A stretch of DNA of 64,000 bases from Bacteroidota bacterium. Its GTDB lineage: Bacteria > Bacteroidota > Bacteroidia > Bacteroidales > FEN-979. Position 1 is the first letter of the stretch, and the number at the start of each line of letters is the position of its first letter. The notes beneath the pieces were generated by a model, which saw only the letters and a list, made by a program, of their open reading frames with translations, was not told where the DNA came from and searched no databases. The position numbers were made by a program, and so were the translations under genes. The DNA is taken from assembly GCA_037137455.1 (NCBI GenBank), contig JBAXKG010000001.1, positions 418-64,417 of the forward strand, in the 5' to 3' direction. Shown here one piece after another: positions 27,144 through 38,239 of this stretch.

Positions 27144-28067
27144 TTATTTATTTACCTGAAATGTTTTATCTCCATTTTTAATAAATTTAACAATTTGCTT
27201 TGCTGCTGCAATACCAGCGTTCACGTTTGCCTCTTCCGTTTGGGCGCCCATCTTTTTTGGTGTACAGAAAAATTTGCCCTTGAAGTCAACCTCAATTTCG
27301 GCTTTGTTGGTTGGTTCAACATCCGTAAGGTAGGCAAAATCTTTACGTTCCTGAAACATTTTTAGCAGATCTGTCTCGTTGATTACCTCTGCACGGGCAG
27401 TATTCACTAAACAGGCCGGGGATGGCATCCTGGAAAGAAGGGAATAATTGATGGATAGTTTTGTTTGGCTGTTGGCCGGAATATGTAATGAAATATAATG
27501 ACATGTACTATACAACTCCTCCACAGAGCCCACCCATTTTACCCCATCCTTTTCAATATCCTGCCTTGAGATAAAGGGGTCAAAAGCAAATACCTCCATG
27601 CCAAATCCCCTGGCAATACGGGCAACATTTTTTCCGACAAATCCGTAAGCGTGGATCCCCAGTTTTTTACCCATTAATTCACTTCCCGATTTGCCATTGA
27701 AAAAGCCACGGGCATAATAAACCATCATCCCCAATGCAAGTTCAGCAACTGCATTGGAATTCTGGCCAGGTGTATTCATGGCAACAACGCCTTTATCTGT
27801 TGCAGCCTGCAGGTCGATGTTATCATAGCCGGCGCCAGCACGAACAATGATCTTCAACTTCTTGCCGGCATCAATTACCCCTTTGTCGGCCTTATCGCTT
27901 CGGATTATCACTGCATCAACATCGGCAACCGCCTTTATGAAATCATCCTGACTTGTATAATTCTCAAGAAGAACCAACTCAAAGCCGGCTTCTTCAACAA
28001 CTTTGCGTATTCCCTTTACAGCTATTGCCGCAAATGGTTTATCGGTAGCAACCAAAACTTTTGTCAT
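27144..28067 (-). CDS. serA: D-3-phosphoglycerate dehydrogenase (short form without ACT domain)
   Basis: 307-aa D-2-hydroxyacid dehydrogenase with NAD motif GFVGKNVARIARGFG. It lies immediately downstream of serC. Confidence 0.8.
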   Translation of the reverse strand: MTKVLVATDKPFAAIAVKGIRKVVEEAGFELVLLENYTSQDDFIKAVADVDAVIIRSDKADKGVIDAGKKLKIIVRAGAGYDNIDLQAATDKGVVAMNTPGQNSNAVAELALGMMVYYARGFFNGKSGSELMGKKLGIHAYGFVGKNVARIARGFGMEVFAFDPFISRQDIEKDGVKWVGSVEELYSTCHYISLHIPANSQTKLSINYSLLSRMPSPACLVNTARAEVINETDLLKMFQERKDFAYLTDVEPTNKAEIEVDFKGKFFCTPKKMGAQTEEANVNAGIAAAKQIVKFIKNGDKTFQVNK

Positions 28068-28118
28068 ATCTTTTGGGATTATTAAATTGATCCTGGCTGG
28101 ATGTCCAGGAAAATTAAA

Positions 28119-29189
28119 CTATGTGTTTGATTTTTCAAATTCATGCATAGCATCAACCAAAGCTTGCACACTTTCGATAGGCATTGCATTGTAAATCGAA
28201 GCTCTGAAACCACCAACTGACCTGTGGCCTTTAATACCGATCATTCCTTTGGTCTTGGTAAATTCCATGAAGGCATCTTCCTTATCTTTATATTGATCCT
28301 TCATAACAAAGCAAATATTCATCAGCGACCGGCTGTCGTTGGTTACCGTGCCAACAAACATTTTGCTATTGTCGATAGCATCGTAAAGAAGGTTTGCTTT
28401 TTTAATGTTCATAGCTTCAATAGCTTTTACCCCGCCGAGTCCCTTGATCCAACGAAGAGTCTCAAGACAGGTAAAAATGGCAAAAACAGGAGGCGTGTTA
28501 TAAAGCGAAGGTTCTTTCATATGTGTAGCATAGCTTAGCATAGAAGGAATTTTACGCTCAACCTTGTTTAGCATATCTTCTTTGATAATCACCAATGTAA
28601 CACCGGCAGGTCCAAGATTTTTTTGAGCGCCACCATAAATCAAAGAGTATTTGGAAATATCAACCGGGCGGCTAAGAATATCTGATGACATGTCGGCAAT
28701 CAGAGGTACGGGGCAATCCATATCGTGACGTATTTCAGAACCATAGATGGTATTGTTTGTCGTAATATGAAAATAATCAGCATCGCCAGGAATGGTGTAA
28801 TCATTCGGTATATAACAGAAATTCTTATCTCCCGATGATGCCACTACATTAACTTCACCAAAGAATTTTGCCTCTTTTATAGCTTTTTGTGCCCAGACAC
28901 CAGTTTCAAGATAAGCGGCTTTTTTATTCAGGAAGTTATATGGGACCATGCAAAATTGCATGCTGGCTCCGCCTCCCAAAAAAATGATCTGGTAACCCGT
29001 GGGGATATTGAGAAGTTCCCTGAATAAAGCTACTGTTTCATCGAGAATTGTCTGAAAATCTTTGCTGCGATGCGAAATTTCCAGAAGGGATAAACCAATA
29101 CCATTTAGGTCCAGAATAGCTTTTGCGGAGTTTTCCAGGGCAATGCGAGGGAGAATAGAGGGACCGGCGTTGAAATTGTGTTTTTTCAT
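28119..29189 (-). CDS. serC: phosphoserine aminotransferase
   Basis: 356 aa with HNFNAGPS at the N-terminus and PLP-lysine motif [11 protein letters not shown]. Confidence 0.95.
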   Translation of the reverse strand: MKKHNFNAGPSILPRIALENSAKAILDLNGIGLSLLEISHRSKDFQTILDETVALFRELLNIPTGYQIIFLGGGASMQFCMVPYNFLNKKAAYLETGVWAQKAIKEAKFFGEVNVVASSGDKNFCYIPNDYTIPGDADYFHITTNNTIYGSEIRHDMDCPVPLIADMSSDILSRPVDISKYSLIYGGAQKNLGPAGVTLVIIKEDMLNKVERKIPSMLSYATHMKEPSLYNTPPVFAIFTCLETLRWIKGLGGVKAIEAMNIKKANLLYDAIDNSKMFVGTVTNDSRSLMNICFVMKDQYKDKEDAFMEFTKTKGMIGIKGHRSVGGFRASIYNAMPIESVQALVDAMHEFEKSNT

Positions 29190-29502
29190 AAAGTGAAGGT
29201 TTTAAATTATATCTGAATGATTGAAAATAAACACTACAATATTAATCAAATAAAGTAAACGATTTTTATTAGGAACTCAAAAATATTAAAAAAATCGACC
29301 AAAATTAATAACCGGCAAATATTTTTTATATTCATGATAATCAGCAAGTAAAATCGGTGAAAGACTATTTTTTATTTCTTTTATCGATGACATGAATGAA
29401 GTTCCGGCTTCCATAGTTAAATACGAATATAGAATATCCTGTGTAATCATAAAAGATAAATTGTTCAGGATACTTGAATCAGATGGGTTTATTTTATTGG
29501 AT

Positions 29503-29510
29503 TAACTTTG
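29503..29510 (+). promoter_or_regulatory. candidate -7 element (TAACTTTG)
   Basis: It lies 15 nt upstream of the ATG at 29526. Confidence 0.45.
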
Positions 29511-29525
29511 TCGTAAAATGATGGA

Positions 29526-30566
29526 ATGAATTTAGATAACCGGATAAAATCGTTCGAACTTCTCGGCGACCTGCTACGCCGCTTCCATGAAAATTCATGC
29601 GATCGTGAGATCCTTCCGCTTGTCATGGCTGCACGGTTTGCCTATGCGCAAAATCCGTGGTTTACTCCGGAACATATCAGGTTGGCATTAAACAGCCTGG
29701 GTGAATTACTTAAAAGTGAAAATTTATCTGCCTGGCTATCAAAATATCATCAAAAACTAGCGGAGCCAGTTACTCAAAAAACTATTGGTGTTGTATTGGC
29801 TGGTAATATTCCTGCAGTTGGATTTCATGATTTCCTGTGCGTTTTAATATCCGGAAATAAACTCAAAGCCAAGCTGTCATCATCTGATGCTCTGTTGCTA
29901 CCGGCAATGGCAGAAATTTTAACCGGATATTTTCCTGAATGGAAGGAACAAATATCATTTACAAATGGCATGCTTGAGCATTTCGATGCAATCATTGCGA
30001 CGGGAAGTGATAATACTTCAAGGTATTTTGAATATTATTTTGGAAAATATCAGCATATTATCAGAAAAACCAGGAATAGTGTAGCGGTTATTTCAGGGGA
30101 AGAAAACGAGAACGTTATGCAAAACATGGCGAACGACATTATGCAGTACTTTGGCATGGGTTGCCGAAGTATCTCTAAATTATATGTGCCCAAGGGTTAT
30201 GATTTTTTATTGCTGACAAAGGCACTAGGAAAGTTTGAGTACTATTGCAATCATAACAAATATCGTAATAATTATGATTACAGTAAATCAATTTTCTTGG
30301 TTAATCGGATACCTTTTATCGACACCGGATACCTTCTGTTTAAAGAGGATCCATCAATTAAATCACGGATTGCAGTATTGCATTATCAGTACTATTCAAA
30401 TATAACGAACATTTTAGATGATTTGAACACCAAAATGGATTCGATTCAATGTGTCGTATGCAACAGCTCGTTCCCATTGCCATGTGTTATGCCAGGTAAG
30501 GCCCAGCAACCTGCTTTATGGGAATATGCCGATAACGTTGATACACTTGACTTTTTACTTTCTTGA
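29526..30566 (+). CDS. LuxC-like acyl-CoA reductase family protein
   Basis: 346 aa. The overall pattern (…VLAGNIPAVGFHD…, …ATGSDNTSRYFEYYFG…, …GMGCRS…) matches my memory of the Bacteroidota protein annotated as acyl-CoA reductase (LuxC family). Confidence 0.6.
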   Translation: MNLDNRIKSFELLGDLLRRFHENSCDREILPLVMAARFAYAQNPWFTPEHIRLALNSLGELLKSENLSAWLSKYHQKLAEPVTQKTIGVVLAGNIPAVGFHDFLCVLISGNKLKAKLSSSDALLLPAMAEILTGYFPEWKEQISFTNGMLEHFDAIIATGSDNTSRYFEYYFGKYQHIIRKTRNSVAVISGEENENVMQNMANDIMQYFGMGCRSISKLYVPKGYDFLLLTKALGKFEYYCNHNKYRNNYDYSKSIFLVNRIPFIDTGYLLFKEDPSIKSRIAVLHYQYYSNITNILDDLNTKMDSIQCVVCNSSFPLPCVMPGKAQQPALWEYADNVDTLDFLLS

Positions 30567-30607
30567 TTTTGTTGTGAAAAAATCTTTGGAATTCAAATTA
30601 AAATCAT

Positions 30608-30615
30608 TACTTTTG
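30608..30615 (+). promoter_or_regulatory. candidate -7 element (TACTTTTG)
   Basis: It lies 24 nt upstream of the rpmE ATG. Confidence 0.5.
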
Positions 30616-30639
30616 CACCCTCATTAAAATACCATTGCA

Positions 30640-30909
30640 ATGAAAAAAGATATTCACCCGAAGGATTACCGGCTTGTAGTTTTTAAAGATATGTCGAATG
30701 ATTATACCTTCCTTTCCAAATCGACTGTTAAAACTAAAGAAACTATTGTATTTGAAGATGGAATTCAATACCCATTAATCAAATTGGAAATTTCTCATAC
30801 ATCACATCCTTTTTATACAGGGAAAATGAAACTGGTTGATACCGCGGGCCGGGTTGATAAATTCAAGAGCCGCTACCAAAAGCATATTGATCAGAAAGTA
30901 GGAAAATAA
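30640..30909 (+). CDS. rpmE: 50S ribosomal protein L31, type B (no CxxC zinc motif)
   Basis: 89 aa with [10 protein letters not shown]...HPFYTGK...[10 protein letters not shown]. Confidence 0.95.
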   Translation: MKKDIHPKDYRLVVFKDMSNDYTFLSKSTVKTKETIVFEDGIQYPLIKLEISHTSHPFYTGKMKLVDTAGRVDKFKSRYQKHIDQKVGK

Positions 30910-30932
30910 GATTTTAGAATAATATTTTTGTT

Positions 30933-30967
30933 GAGCCTCCGTTTTTCAATGGAGGCTCTTTTTATTT
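30933..30967 (+). terminator. rho-independent terminator after rpmE
   Basis: The 8-bp GC-rich stem GAGCCTCC (30933-30940) pairs with GGAGGCTC (30951-30958) around a 10-nt loop, followed by TTTTTATTT. Confidence 0.8.
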
Positions 30968-30969
30968 AT

Positions 30970-30977
30970 TATCTTTG
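30970..30977 (+). promoter_or_regulatory. candidate -7 element (TATCTTTG)
   Basis: It lies 23 nt upstream of the ATG at 31001. Confidence 0.5.
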
Positions 30978-31000
30978 TTCTATCAAAATCCTGTTGCATC

Positions 31001-32194
31001 ATGAATTACATCCTCTTCGATGAAAGTATAGTTCGAACAAATCTATTACCACTTACTTTTGTACGGCCGGTCGCAGATATCCGGGTTGGAATTTTAACTA
31101 TAAGGGAAAAGTGGGAAAAAAGACTAAGAACAACTACTTCAACCCTGACTGACAGTTATCTCTCTGCCAAATTTCCGATTGTAAAAAAATCAGAAAACGT
31201 GCTTATCAACGGATCTGTTTGTCCGAACGATGAAATTGTTGCCGCTATTAAACGCTTGAAACCTAACCAGACTGTAGTTTATAACGATACAATAATAGCT
31301 TTGCATGTCACCGAGGAAGAACTTGACCGTGTTGGCGATGCCTCTTCAGAAGGTGGTATCGAGGAGATTAAAATTTCAAATGCTCCTTTGAAGATAAATC
31401 ATACCTGGGAAATTTTTTCAAAAAATGAGGTTGCAATTGCTGACGATTTTAACTTGCTTACAAAAGGAAGGAAATCTCATAAACTGAGTGATACAAACAG
31501 GGTCTTAGGTGGAGAAAATATTTTTATTGAAAGAGGTGCAAGGGTCGAATTTGCTGTTCTGAATGCGAGCGCTGGTCCAATTTATATTGGTAAAGATACT
31601 GAAATAATGGAGGGCGCCCTTATTCGTGGCCCCTTTGCTCTTTGTGATGGTGCGCAAGTTAAAATGGCTGCAAAAATTTATGGTCCAACCACTGTTGGCC
31701 CCTATTGCCGTGTCGGTGGAGAAATTAATAACTCCGTGCTTTTCGGTTATTCAAATAAGGCGCACGATGGATTTCTTGGACACTCAGTCATAGCTGAATG
31801 GTGCAACCTTGGTGCAGATACAAACACTTCGAACCTGAAAAACACATATGACAATGTTCGTTTGTGGAGTTATAGCAAACAAACCTTCGTGAATACTCAC
31901 TTGCAATTTTGTGGTTTAATTATGGGCGACCATTCCAAATGTGCTATCGATACAATGTTTAATACAGGAACAGTGGTTGGGGTTAGCGCTAATATTTTTG
32001 GTTCCGGGTTTCAACGAAATTTTATTCCTTCATTTACCTGGGGAGGTACAGCCGGCCATACCAACTATAGCATAAAAAAGGCCCTGGAGGTTGCTGAGAT
32101 AGTATTTAAACGCCGGCGCCGTAATTTTGATGACATCGAGCATGAACTTCTTACAAGTGTATATAACCTTACCTTGAAAAATAAATACCTTTAA
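31001..32194 (+). CDS. putative sugar nucleotidyltransferase, GlmU-like (degenerate NTP-transferase N-domain + left-handed beta-helix)
   Basis: 397 aa. The N-terminus LLPLTFVRPVADIRVG lacks the canonical GxGTR. The C-terminal half shows hexapeptide-repeat periodicity (IGKDTEIMEGALIRGP..., VGPYCRVGGEINNSVL...). Confidence 0.65.
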   Translation: MNYILFDESIVRTNLLPLTFVRPVADIRVGILTIREKWEKRLRTTTSTLTDSYLSAKFPIVKKSENVLINGSVCPNDEIVAAIKRLKPNQTVVYNDTIIALHVTEEELDRVGDASSEGGIEEIKISNAPLKINHTWEIFSKNEVAIADDFNLLTKGRKSHKLSDTNRVLGGENIFIERGARVEFAVLNASAGPIYIGKDTEIMEGALIRGPFALCDGAQVKMAAKIYGPTTVGPYCRVGGEINNSVLFGYSNKAHDGFLGHSVIAEWCNLGADTNTSNLKNTYDNVRLWSYSKQTFVNTHLQFCGLIMGDHSKCAIDTMFNTGTVVGVSANIFGSGFQRNFIPSFTWGGTAGHTNYSIKKALEVAEIVFKRRRRNFDDIEHELLTSVYNLTLKNKYL

Positions 32195-32285
32195 TCTACC
32201 AAAAATATTTTCTTGGCACATAAGTTGTCATTACTGGCATCCCCAATATTTTTAAAGGGGGTGACATTTTGACTTTATAAAAATT

Positions 32286-34745
32286 ATGGAAAATCTGAAT
32301 GAGCGTGATGCATTGATGTTTTCTGATTTAATTGATTCGGAAACCGAATTTATTCCTTTACTTTCATCAGAGGATGAAGAAGCAATGAATACTGAGGAAG
32401 TTCCTGAAATACTTCCAATTTTGCCTTTGCGCAATACGACCCTCTTCCCTGGTGTTGTAATTCCGATAACAGTTGGCCGTGATAAATCAATAAAACTTAT
32501 TCGCGAATTCTACAAGGGAAACCGTATTATTGGTGTGGTGGCCCAGAAAGATGCGAATATCGAAGATCCTGAATTTGATGATCTTAATAAAGTAGGAACA
32601 GTTGCCTATATTTTAAAAATTTTGCAGATGCCCGATGGCAGTAATACTGCCATTATCCAGGGGAAACGCCGTTTTGCAATTAGTGAGTTGATACAATCAG
32701 AACCATATATTTTAGCATCTGTTGCTGCATTTGAAGCGCCTGTCAAAATTCCAAATGACAATGGTGAATTCAGCGCTCTGATTGCATCTCTGAAAGATAT
32801 GGCAATTCAGATTATCACAAAATCTCCAAACATTCCTTCTGAAGCGGCTTTTGCAATTAAAAATATTGAATCTCCCTCCTTCCTGGTCCACTTTATTTCA
32901 TCGAACCTGAATGTTGACCTTACAGAAAAGCAGAAATTGCTGGAAATTTCTGACTTAACTGAGAGCGCCAACAGGGTGCTGACTTTGCTGACAAAGGAGC
33001 TACAGGTTGCAGATTTAAAACAACAGATCCAGAATAAAGTCAAGACTGATCTGGACAAGCAACAGCGCGATTTTATTTTAAACCAGCAATTGAAAACCAT
33101 CCAGGAGGAACTTGGAGGAAGCCCAAACGGCCAGGAAATTAATGCACTTCGGGAGCAAGCAAAAGACAAGAAGTGGACAAAGGAGGTTTTCGAGGTTTTT
33201 GAAAAGGAGATGAACAAACTTCAGCGCATGCATCCAATGGCAGCTGAATATTCGATTCAAACCAACTACATTGAAACTTTGGTTCAGCTTCCATGGGGTG
33301 AATATACTCCTGATAATCTTGATCTGCATCATGCCCAGCAGGTGCTCGATGAAGATCATTTTGGCCTCGAGAAGGTAAAAGAACGTATCATTGAGCATTT
33401 GGCGGTGATAAAGTTAAAACGGGATCTTAAATCTCCAATATTATGCCTCGTCGGCCCTCCGGGTGTAGGAAAAACCTCACTTGGGAAAAGTATTGCGCGG
33501 GCCCTCGGCAGAAAATACACGAGGATGTCATTGGGAGGACTGCGGGATGAATCAGAACTTCGTGGACACCGTAAAACTTACATAGGTGCAATGCCCGGAA
33601 GGATTCTGCAAAGCCTGAAAAAGATTAAATCATCAAACCCGGTATTTGTCCTGGATGAAATCGACAAGGTGATGGGAATGAACATAAATGGCGATCCCCA
33701 GGCAGCTTTACTTGAAGTTCTTGATCCGGAGCAGAACAATGCCTTTTATGATAATTACCTTGAAATAGATTATAATCTTTCCAGGATTATGTTCATCGCA
33801 ACTGCCAACACCTTAAGTACAATTCATCCGGCATTACGCGACCGTATGGAAATTATCGATATCCCGGGTTATCTAATGGAAGAAAAAGTCGAAATCGCTT
33901 TACGGCACCTCTTACCAAAACAGTTAAATGAACATGGAATAAAGAAAAATCAGCTTTTGTTCGGCAAAGAAATTATTAAGAAAATTATTGAAGACTATAC
34001 AAGGGAATCAGGTGTTCGGGCTCTCGAAAAAAGTCTTGCAAAAATTATTCGTAGCAAAGTAAAATCTATCGTTTCTAACGAAAAATTTAATAAAAAGCTA
34101 GACGATTCTGACCTTAAGAAGATTATGGGGATACCGATTTTTCAGGTAGATAAATACATTTCCAATGATGTTGCGGGGGTTGTAACAGGACTTGCCTGGA
34201 CTATGGCCGGAGGGGAAATTCTTTTTGTGGAAGTCAGCCTTAGCAGGGGCAAAGGTGAACTCACATTGACAGGGAATTTAGGTGATGTCATGAAAGAGTC
34301 AGCATCAATTGCACTGGCCTATCTTAAAGCACATTCAGAAGAATTTGGTATTGATCCTGGCGCTTTCCAGAGATGGAATGTACATGTACATGTTCCGGAA
34401 GGAGCTACGCCAAAAGATGGTCCATCGGCCGGAATTACTATGTTTACAGCGCTTGCATCGGCTTTTACCCAATTTAAAGTACGGGAACGTTTAGCCATGA
34501 CGGGTGAAATAACATTACGTGGTAAGGTTTTACCTGTGGGTGGGATCAAGGAAAAAATGTTAGCGGCCCGACGGGCAAATCTGAAGGATATAATATTATC
34601 GAAGGAAAATCAGAAAGACATAGAAGAAATTAAGACCGATTATGTTAAGGGTTTGAGGTTTCATTATATCGATGAAATGAAGGAAATAAAGAACCTTGCA
34701 CTACTTAAAGAACGCGTTAAAAATCCATTAAACCTGAACTATTGA
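32286..34745 (+). CDS. lon: endopeptidase La (Lon protease)
   Basis: 819 aa with a LON N-domain, Walker [10 protein letters not shown] and catalytic Ser in PKDGPSAG, plus [18 protein letters not shown]. Confidence 0.97.
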   Translation: MENLNERDALMFSDLIDSETEFIPLLSSEDEEAMNTEEVPEILPILPLRNTTLFPGVVIPITVGRDKSIKLIREFYKGNRIIGVVAQKDANIEDPEFDDLNKVGTVAYILKILQMPDGSNTAIIQGKRRFAISELIQSEPYILASVAAFEAPVKIPNDNGEFSALIASLKDMAIQIITKSPNIPSEAAFAIKNIESPSFLVHFISSNLNVDLTEKQKLLEISDLTESANRVLTLLTKELQVADLKQQIQNKVKTDLDKQQRDFILNQQLKTIQEELGGSPNGQEINALREQAKDKKWTKEVFEVFEKEMNKLQRMHPMAAEYSIQTNYIETLVQLPWGEYTPDNLDLHHAQQVLDEDHFGLEKVKERIIEHLAVIKLKRDLKSPILCLVGPPGVGKTSLGKSIARALGRKYTRMSLGGLRDESELRGHRKTYIGAMPGRILQSLKKIKSSNPVFVLDEIDKVMGMNINGDPQAALLEVLDPEQNNAFYDNYLEIDYNLSRIMFIATANTLSTIHPALRDRMEIIDIPGYLMEEKVEIALRHLLPKQLNEHGIKKNQLLFGKEIIKKIIEDYTRESGVRALEKSLAKIIRSKVKSIVSNEKFNKKLDDSDLKKIMGIPIFQVDKYISNDVAGVVTGLAWTMAGGEILFVEVSLSRGKGELTLTGNLGDVMKESASIALAYLKAHSEEFGIDPGAFQRWNVHVHVPEGATPKDGPSAGITMFTALASAFTQFKVRERLAMTGEITLRGKVLPVGGIKEKMLAARRANLKDIILSKENQKDIEEIKTDYVKGLRFHYIDEMKEIKNLALLKERVKNPLNLNY

Positions 34746-34776
34746 AAGCTGGGTTATCTGGCCGTTTAATTCGTAT

Positions 34777-36447
34777 TTATTTTATTGTTTTGATGGTTGA
34801 GGCCTGTTTTAATAGTATATTTCTTAAAGGATCAAAAGAAAGATCAACTGGCTTTTTTGAAAAAGGAAATTCATATACCTGGTTATTAACATCATTAATA
34901 ACACGAAGAAGCGTATCAGTTCCATCGCTGAATTTTATTAAAATCTGAACAGGCATTTTAAAAAATATCGAATTTGACTGTGTCTGTTTAATAGTGAAGG
35001 ATACCTTCCAGCTGCTAATTCCTAGGCTGTCAATATCAAACGAATTTTGATATACCGGGTGATTTGGGGCATAAACCCATTCATCGAAAAACCACTTCAA
35101 ATCTGTACCCGAAACCTGGATGGCCTTTGCAAAAAAATCGTGGGTATAGGCATTTTTAAATATAAAATTGGTATCAGATGCATATTGATTCATCACATTA
35201 AAAAAAAGTGAATCACCTAATACATACCGGAGCTGATGTAGCACACAGGCTCCTTTGTTATAAGAAATTGCCTGATTATAAAGGTCATCGCCTGACGGTG
35301 TATTGATAGACCATTGCGGCTGATAGAGTGGCCAGCCTGGATTTTTTGCAAGGTAATAGTCGGCTAAAGCACTCATACTGGCTTTATATGCACCAATACC
35401 CGCGGTGTGCTCGACCCAAAGTTTTTGACAATAAGTTCCGAATCCCTCATTTAACCAGATATCTGCCCAGGTTCCACAGGTAATCATGTCGCCAAACCAT
35501 TGATGAGCGTGTTCGTGAGCAATTAAATTGACATTACTATATCCGTTTGGTTTAAGGTTCACCATACTCTGATTTTCCATTCCTCCCCATGGAAAAGTAT
35601 TATTCAGGGTTGCAAAACCAATTTTCTCAAATGGATATTCTCCGAATTTTTGCGAGAAATAATCTGTCAGAGGAATGATGGTTGTGTCAATCTTTGAAAT
35701 GTTCTCGCCTTTGGTGTAATAAATTAGTATAGGAATACTGTCGTTGGGGTTGGATAATTTGTGCCAGCTTTTTTTATGAACAAGGAAATTGACATTTGAA
35801 GAGAGGGTGATTAGATATGTTGAAGCCGGAATATCCGATATCCAATGGTAAATAATCGTGTCACCCGAAATAGTCGAATCGGCTAGTCGCCCTGTCGAGG
35901 CAAGGCGAACCGAAAATGGCACACTGGCATTCAATTCCCACGTAGCTTTATCGGAAGGGTGATCCCGGCATGGCATCCATTTTCGTGCACCCTCAGGAGG
36001 CGAATCGGTATAAACAGCTCCATCGAAGGAATAAAAAGCATTATCCTCGACATTGCGGTGCCTGTAAAAGATTTTTATATCCAGAATTTCTCCGGGTTGG
36101 TATCTCCTGTCAAGAAATATTTTCAAGGAATCATGCTTATGCGTAAAGGAGACCCCTGGAAGCCATACCGAATCTATTGTAATTGATCTGTTAACGGCAT
36201 TCAGGGTAATGGAACTTAAAGTAGAATCAACACGCAATGTTATCACTTGTTGTGCTGAAAATGTTTTTGGAAAAGGGCTGAAATAGCACTGATATAATCC
36301 AATAACCAACTTGTATTTCAGGACATCGAAACTATTCTTCGAATAAAATTGCGAGTGGTCATTTGATGTTGTTGATGCGAAAATAACATTAGCTGATATT
36401 TCAGACAAAAATATTGTCCCGATAATAAAGAGGGAAAAAGCTTTCAC
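34777..36447 (-). CDS. M1 family metallopeptidase (aminopeptidase N-like), secreted
   Basis: 556 aa with a signal peptide. WGGMENQ is the exopeptidase motif and HEHAHQWFG...WLNEGF is the zinc site. Confidence 0.85.
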   Translation of the reverse strand: MKAFSLFIIGTIFLSEISANVIFASTTSNDHSQFYSKNSFDVLKYKLVIGLYQCYFSPFPKTFSAQQVITLRVDSTLSSITLNAVNRSITIDSVWLPGVSFTHKHDSLKIFLDRRYQPGEILDIKIFYRHRNVEDNAFYSFDGAVYTDSPPEGARKWMPCRDHPSDKATWELNASVPFSVRLASTGRLADSTISGDTIIYHWISDIPASTYLITLSSNVNFLVHKKSWHKLSNPNDSIPILIYYTKGENISKIDTTIIPLTDYFSQKFGEYPFEKIGFATLNNTFPWGGMENQSMVNLKPNGYSNVNLIAHEHAHQWFGDMITCGTWADIWLNEGFGTYCQKLWVEHTAGIGAYKASMSALADYYLAKNPGWPLYQPQWSINTPSGDDLYNQAISYNKGACVLHQLRYVLGDSLFFNVMNQYASDTNFIFKNAYTHDFFAKAIQVSGTDLKWFFDEWVYAPNHPVYQNSFDIDSLGISSWKVSFTIKQTQSNSIFFKMPVQILIKFSDGTDTLLRVINDVNNQVYEFPFSKKPVDLSFDPLRNILLKQASTIKTIK

Positions 36448-36591
36448 AGCCCTATTTGATTAAAATCATATAAAACCATAAGGGTTGCAGGTTGTTTCGC
36501 CGAAAAAAAATATTTTGGAGATGTTTGAAAGCAAAATTAATGATTTTTAACTGTGAGTTTTGATAATCCTTGACATTATTGAAAAAACAGA

Positions 36592-36599
36592 TATTTTTG
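36592..36599 (+). promoter_or_regulatory. candidate -7 element (TATTTTTG)
   Basis: It lies 11 nt upstream of the ATG at 36611. Confidence 0.4.
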
Positions 36600-36610
36600 C
36601 GGATTGACAT

Positions 36611-38239
36611 ATGAAATATCTTAATCTCTTTTTTCTTATTTCGCTGGCGCTTTTTCTTTCATGTAATAATCATGAAAGTCAATCTGGCAAGACCGTATTC
36701 CGCTACAACGAAGCCGCCAACATTACTACATTAGATCCTGCATTTTCAAGGGATCAGACCATTATATGGGCTACTAATCAGTTATTCAATGGATTGGTTC
36801 AGCTAAATGACCGAATGGAGATTCGACCATGCATCGCCAGATCCTGGGACATTTCAACATCAGGACTAGAATATGTTTTTCATCTTCGCCGTGATATTTT
36901 GTTTCATGACAGTCCTGCATTTAAAAACGGAAAAGGTCGCAAGGTGGTTGCCAGTGACTTCATCTATTCGTTTCAACGTATTATTGATCCTGCAGTAGCA
37001 TCGCCTGGAGCATGGATTTTCAATAATATTAGTACACACCGGGACAAACCACCATTTGAGGCAATAAATGATTCAACCGTAGTCGTAAGGCTTAACAAAC
37101 CTTTCCCGCCTTTTCTCGGCCTCCTCAGCATGCAATATTGTTCGGTAATTCCGCGTGAAGCGCTGGAATTTTATGGACCCGGATTTCGCCGTAATCCGGT
37201 TGGTACAGGCCCATTTATGTATAAAATGTGGGAAGAGGGAGTGAAATTAGTACTAGTAAAAAATCCTCAATACTTTGAATTTCTGGAGAATAAGCGACTA
37301 CCATTTCTTGACGCCATTGCTGTAACTTTTGTTGCTGATAAGCAATCGGCATTTTTGGAATTTATTAAGGGCAAACTGGACCTTATTTCCGGTATTGATC
37401 CTACATATAAAGATGAACTGCTTACACGTGACGGGCAATTACAGTCGAAATATGCAAAGAAAATAATTTTGATTACCCAGCCATATTTGAATACTGAATA
37501 TATTGGCTTTATGGTTGATAGTGCGGTTCAGGCAAAGAATGAAAGTGTGATAATGGATAAAAGGATCAGGCAAGCCATCAGCATGGCCTTTGACCGAAAA
37601 AAAATGATCCGGTATCTGCGTAACAACATCGGATGCCCCGGAAACCAGGGAATAACCCCAAAAGGGCTTCCATCATTTGATTCTACCCATATTTTTTATG
37701 ATTATAATCCCGAGAAGGCCATGCAATTGCTGACCGCAGCAGGATATCCGGGAGGACGCGGATTGCCTGCGTTAACACTGACATCGACTCCCGATTACCT
37801 GGATATTTGCAAATACATTCAGCACCAGGTTGCAACTATCGGTATAGACCTGAAAATTGAAGTCAATACTCCTGCAGCGGTAAAGGAGATGAAAGCCCAG
37901 GGACAATTATCCATTTTCAGAGCTTCATGGATTGCTGATTATCCAGATGCGGAGAACTATCTATCAATGTTCTACCAAAAGAATTTTTGTCCCAAAGGTC
38001 CCAATTATACCCATTTTTCGAACCGCGATTTTGACAATCTTTACGAAAAATCTATGTCAACTACCGATGATTCAATCAGGTATGATTATTACAGGCAAAT
38101 GGAAACAATCATTATGGAGGAGTCGCCGATTGTCGTGCTGTATTACGATCAGGTTCTGAGGTTTGTTCAAAATAATATCAAAGGGCTTAACAGTAACCCG
38201 ATGAATCTATTAACCCTGAAACAAGTCAGAAAGTTATAG
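36611..38239 (+). CDS. ABC transporter substrate-binding protein, family 5 (peptide/nickel type), lipoprotein
   Basis: 542 aa with lipobox LFLSC. The SBP_bac_5-like layout is present, and no permease or ATPase genes are adjacent. Confidence 0.8.
   Translation: MKYLNLFFLISLALFLSCNNHESQSGKTVFRYNEAANITTLDPAFSRDQTIIWATNQLFNGLVQLNDRMEIRPCIARSWDISTSGLEYVFHLRRDILFHDSPAFKNGKGRKVVASDFIYSFQRIIDPAVASPGAWIFNNISTHRDKPPFEAINDSTVVVRLNKPFPPFLGLLSMQYCSVIPREALEFYGPGFRRNPVGTGPFMYKMWEEGVKLVLVKNPQYFEFLENKRLPFLDAIAVTFVADKQSAFLEFIKGKLDLISGIDPTYKDELLTRDGQLQSKYAKKIILITQPYLNTEYIGFMVDSAVQAKNESVIMDKRIRQAISMAFDRKKMIRYLRNNIGCPGNQGITPKGLPSFDSTHIFYDYNPEKAMQLLTAAGYPGGRGLPALTLTSTPDYLDICKYIQHQVATIGIDLKIEVNTPAAVKEMKAQGQLSIFRASWIADYPDAENYLSMFYQKNFCPKGPNYTHFSNRDFDNLYEKSMSTTDDSIRYDYYRQMETIIMEESPIVVLYYDQVLRFVQNNIKGLNSNPMNLLTLKQVRKL

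Noticed and set aside
28091-28110. Hairpin TCCTGG-N8-CCAGGA between serC and serA as a possible attenuator or terminator
   Set aside because: It has only a 6-bp stem and no following U-tract on the transcribed (minus) strand, so it is too weak to call.
29286-29393. 35-aa minus-strand small ORF (MSSIKEIKNSLSPILLADYHEYKKYLPVINFGRFF) in the long serC / LuxC-like divergent spacer
   Set aside because: It has no supporting promoter motif at a sensible distance and no recognisable peptide family. An ORF of this size is expected by chance in AT-rich DNA. The 336-nt spacer also showed no convincing riboswitch-like or tRNA-like structure by eye.
32807-33398. 136-aa and 106-aa minus-strand ORFs inside lon
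   Set aside because: They are antisense shadows within a complete Lon protease gene and have no independent evidence.
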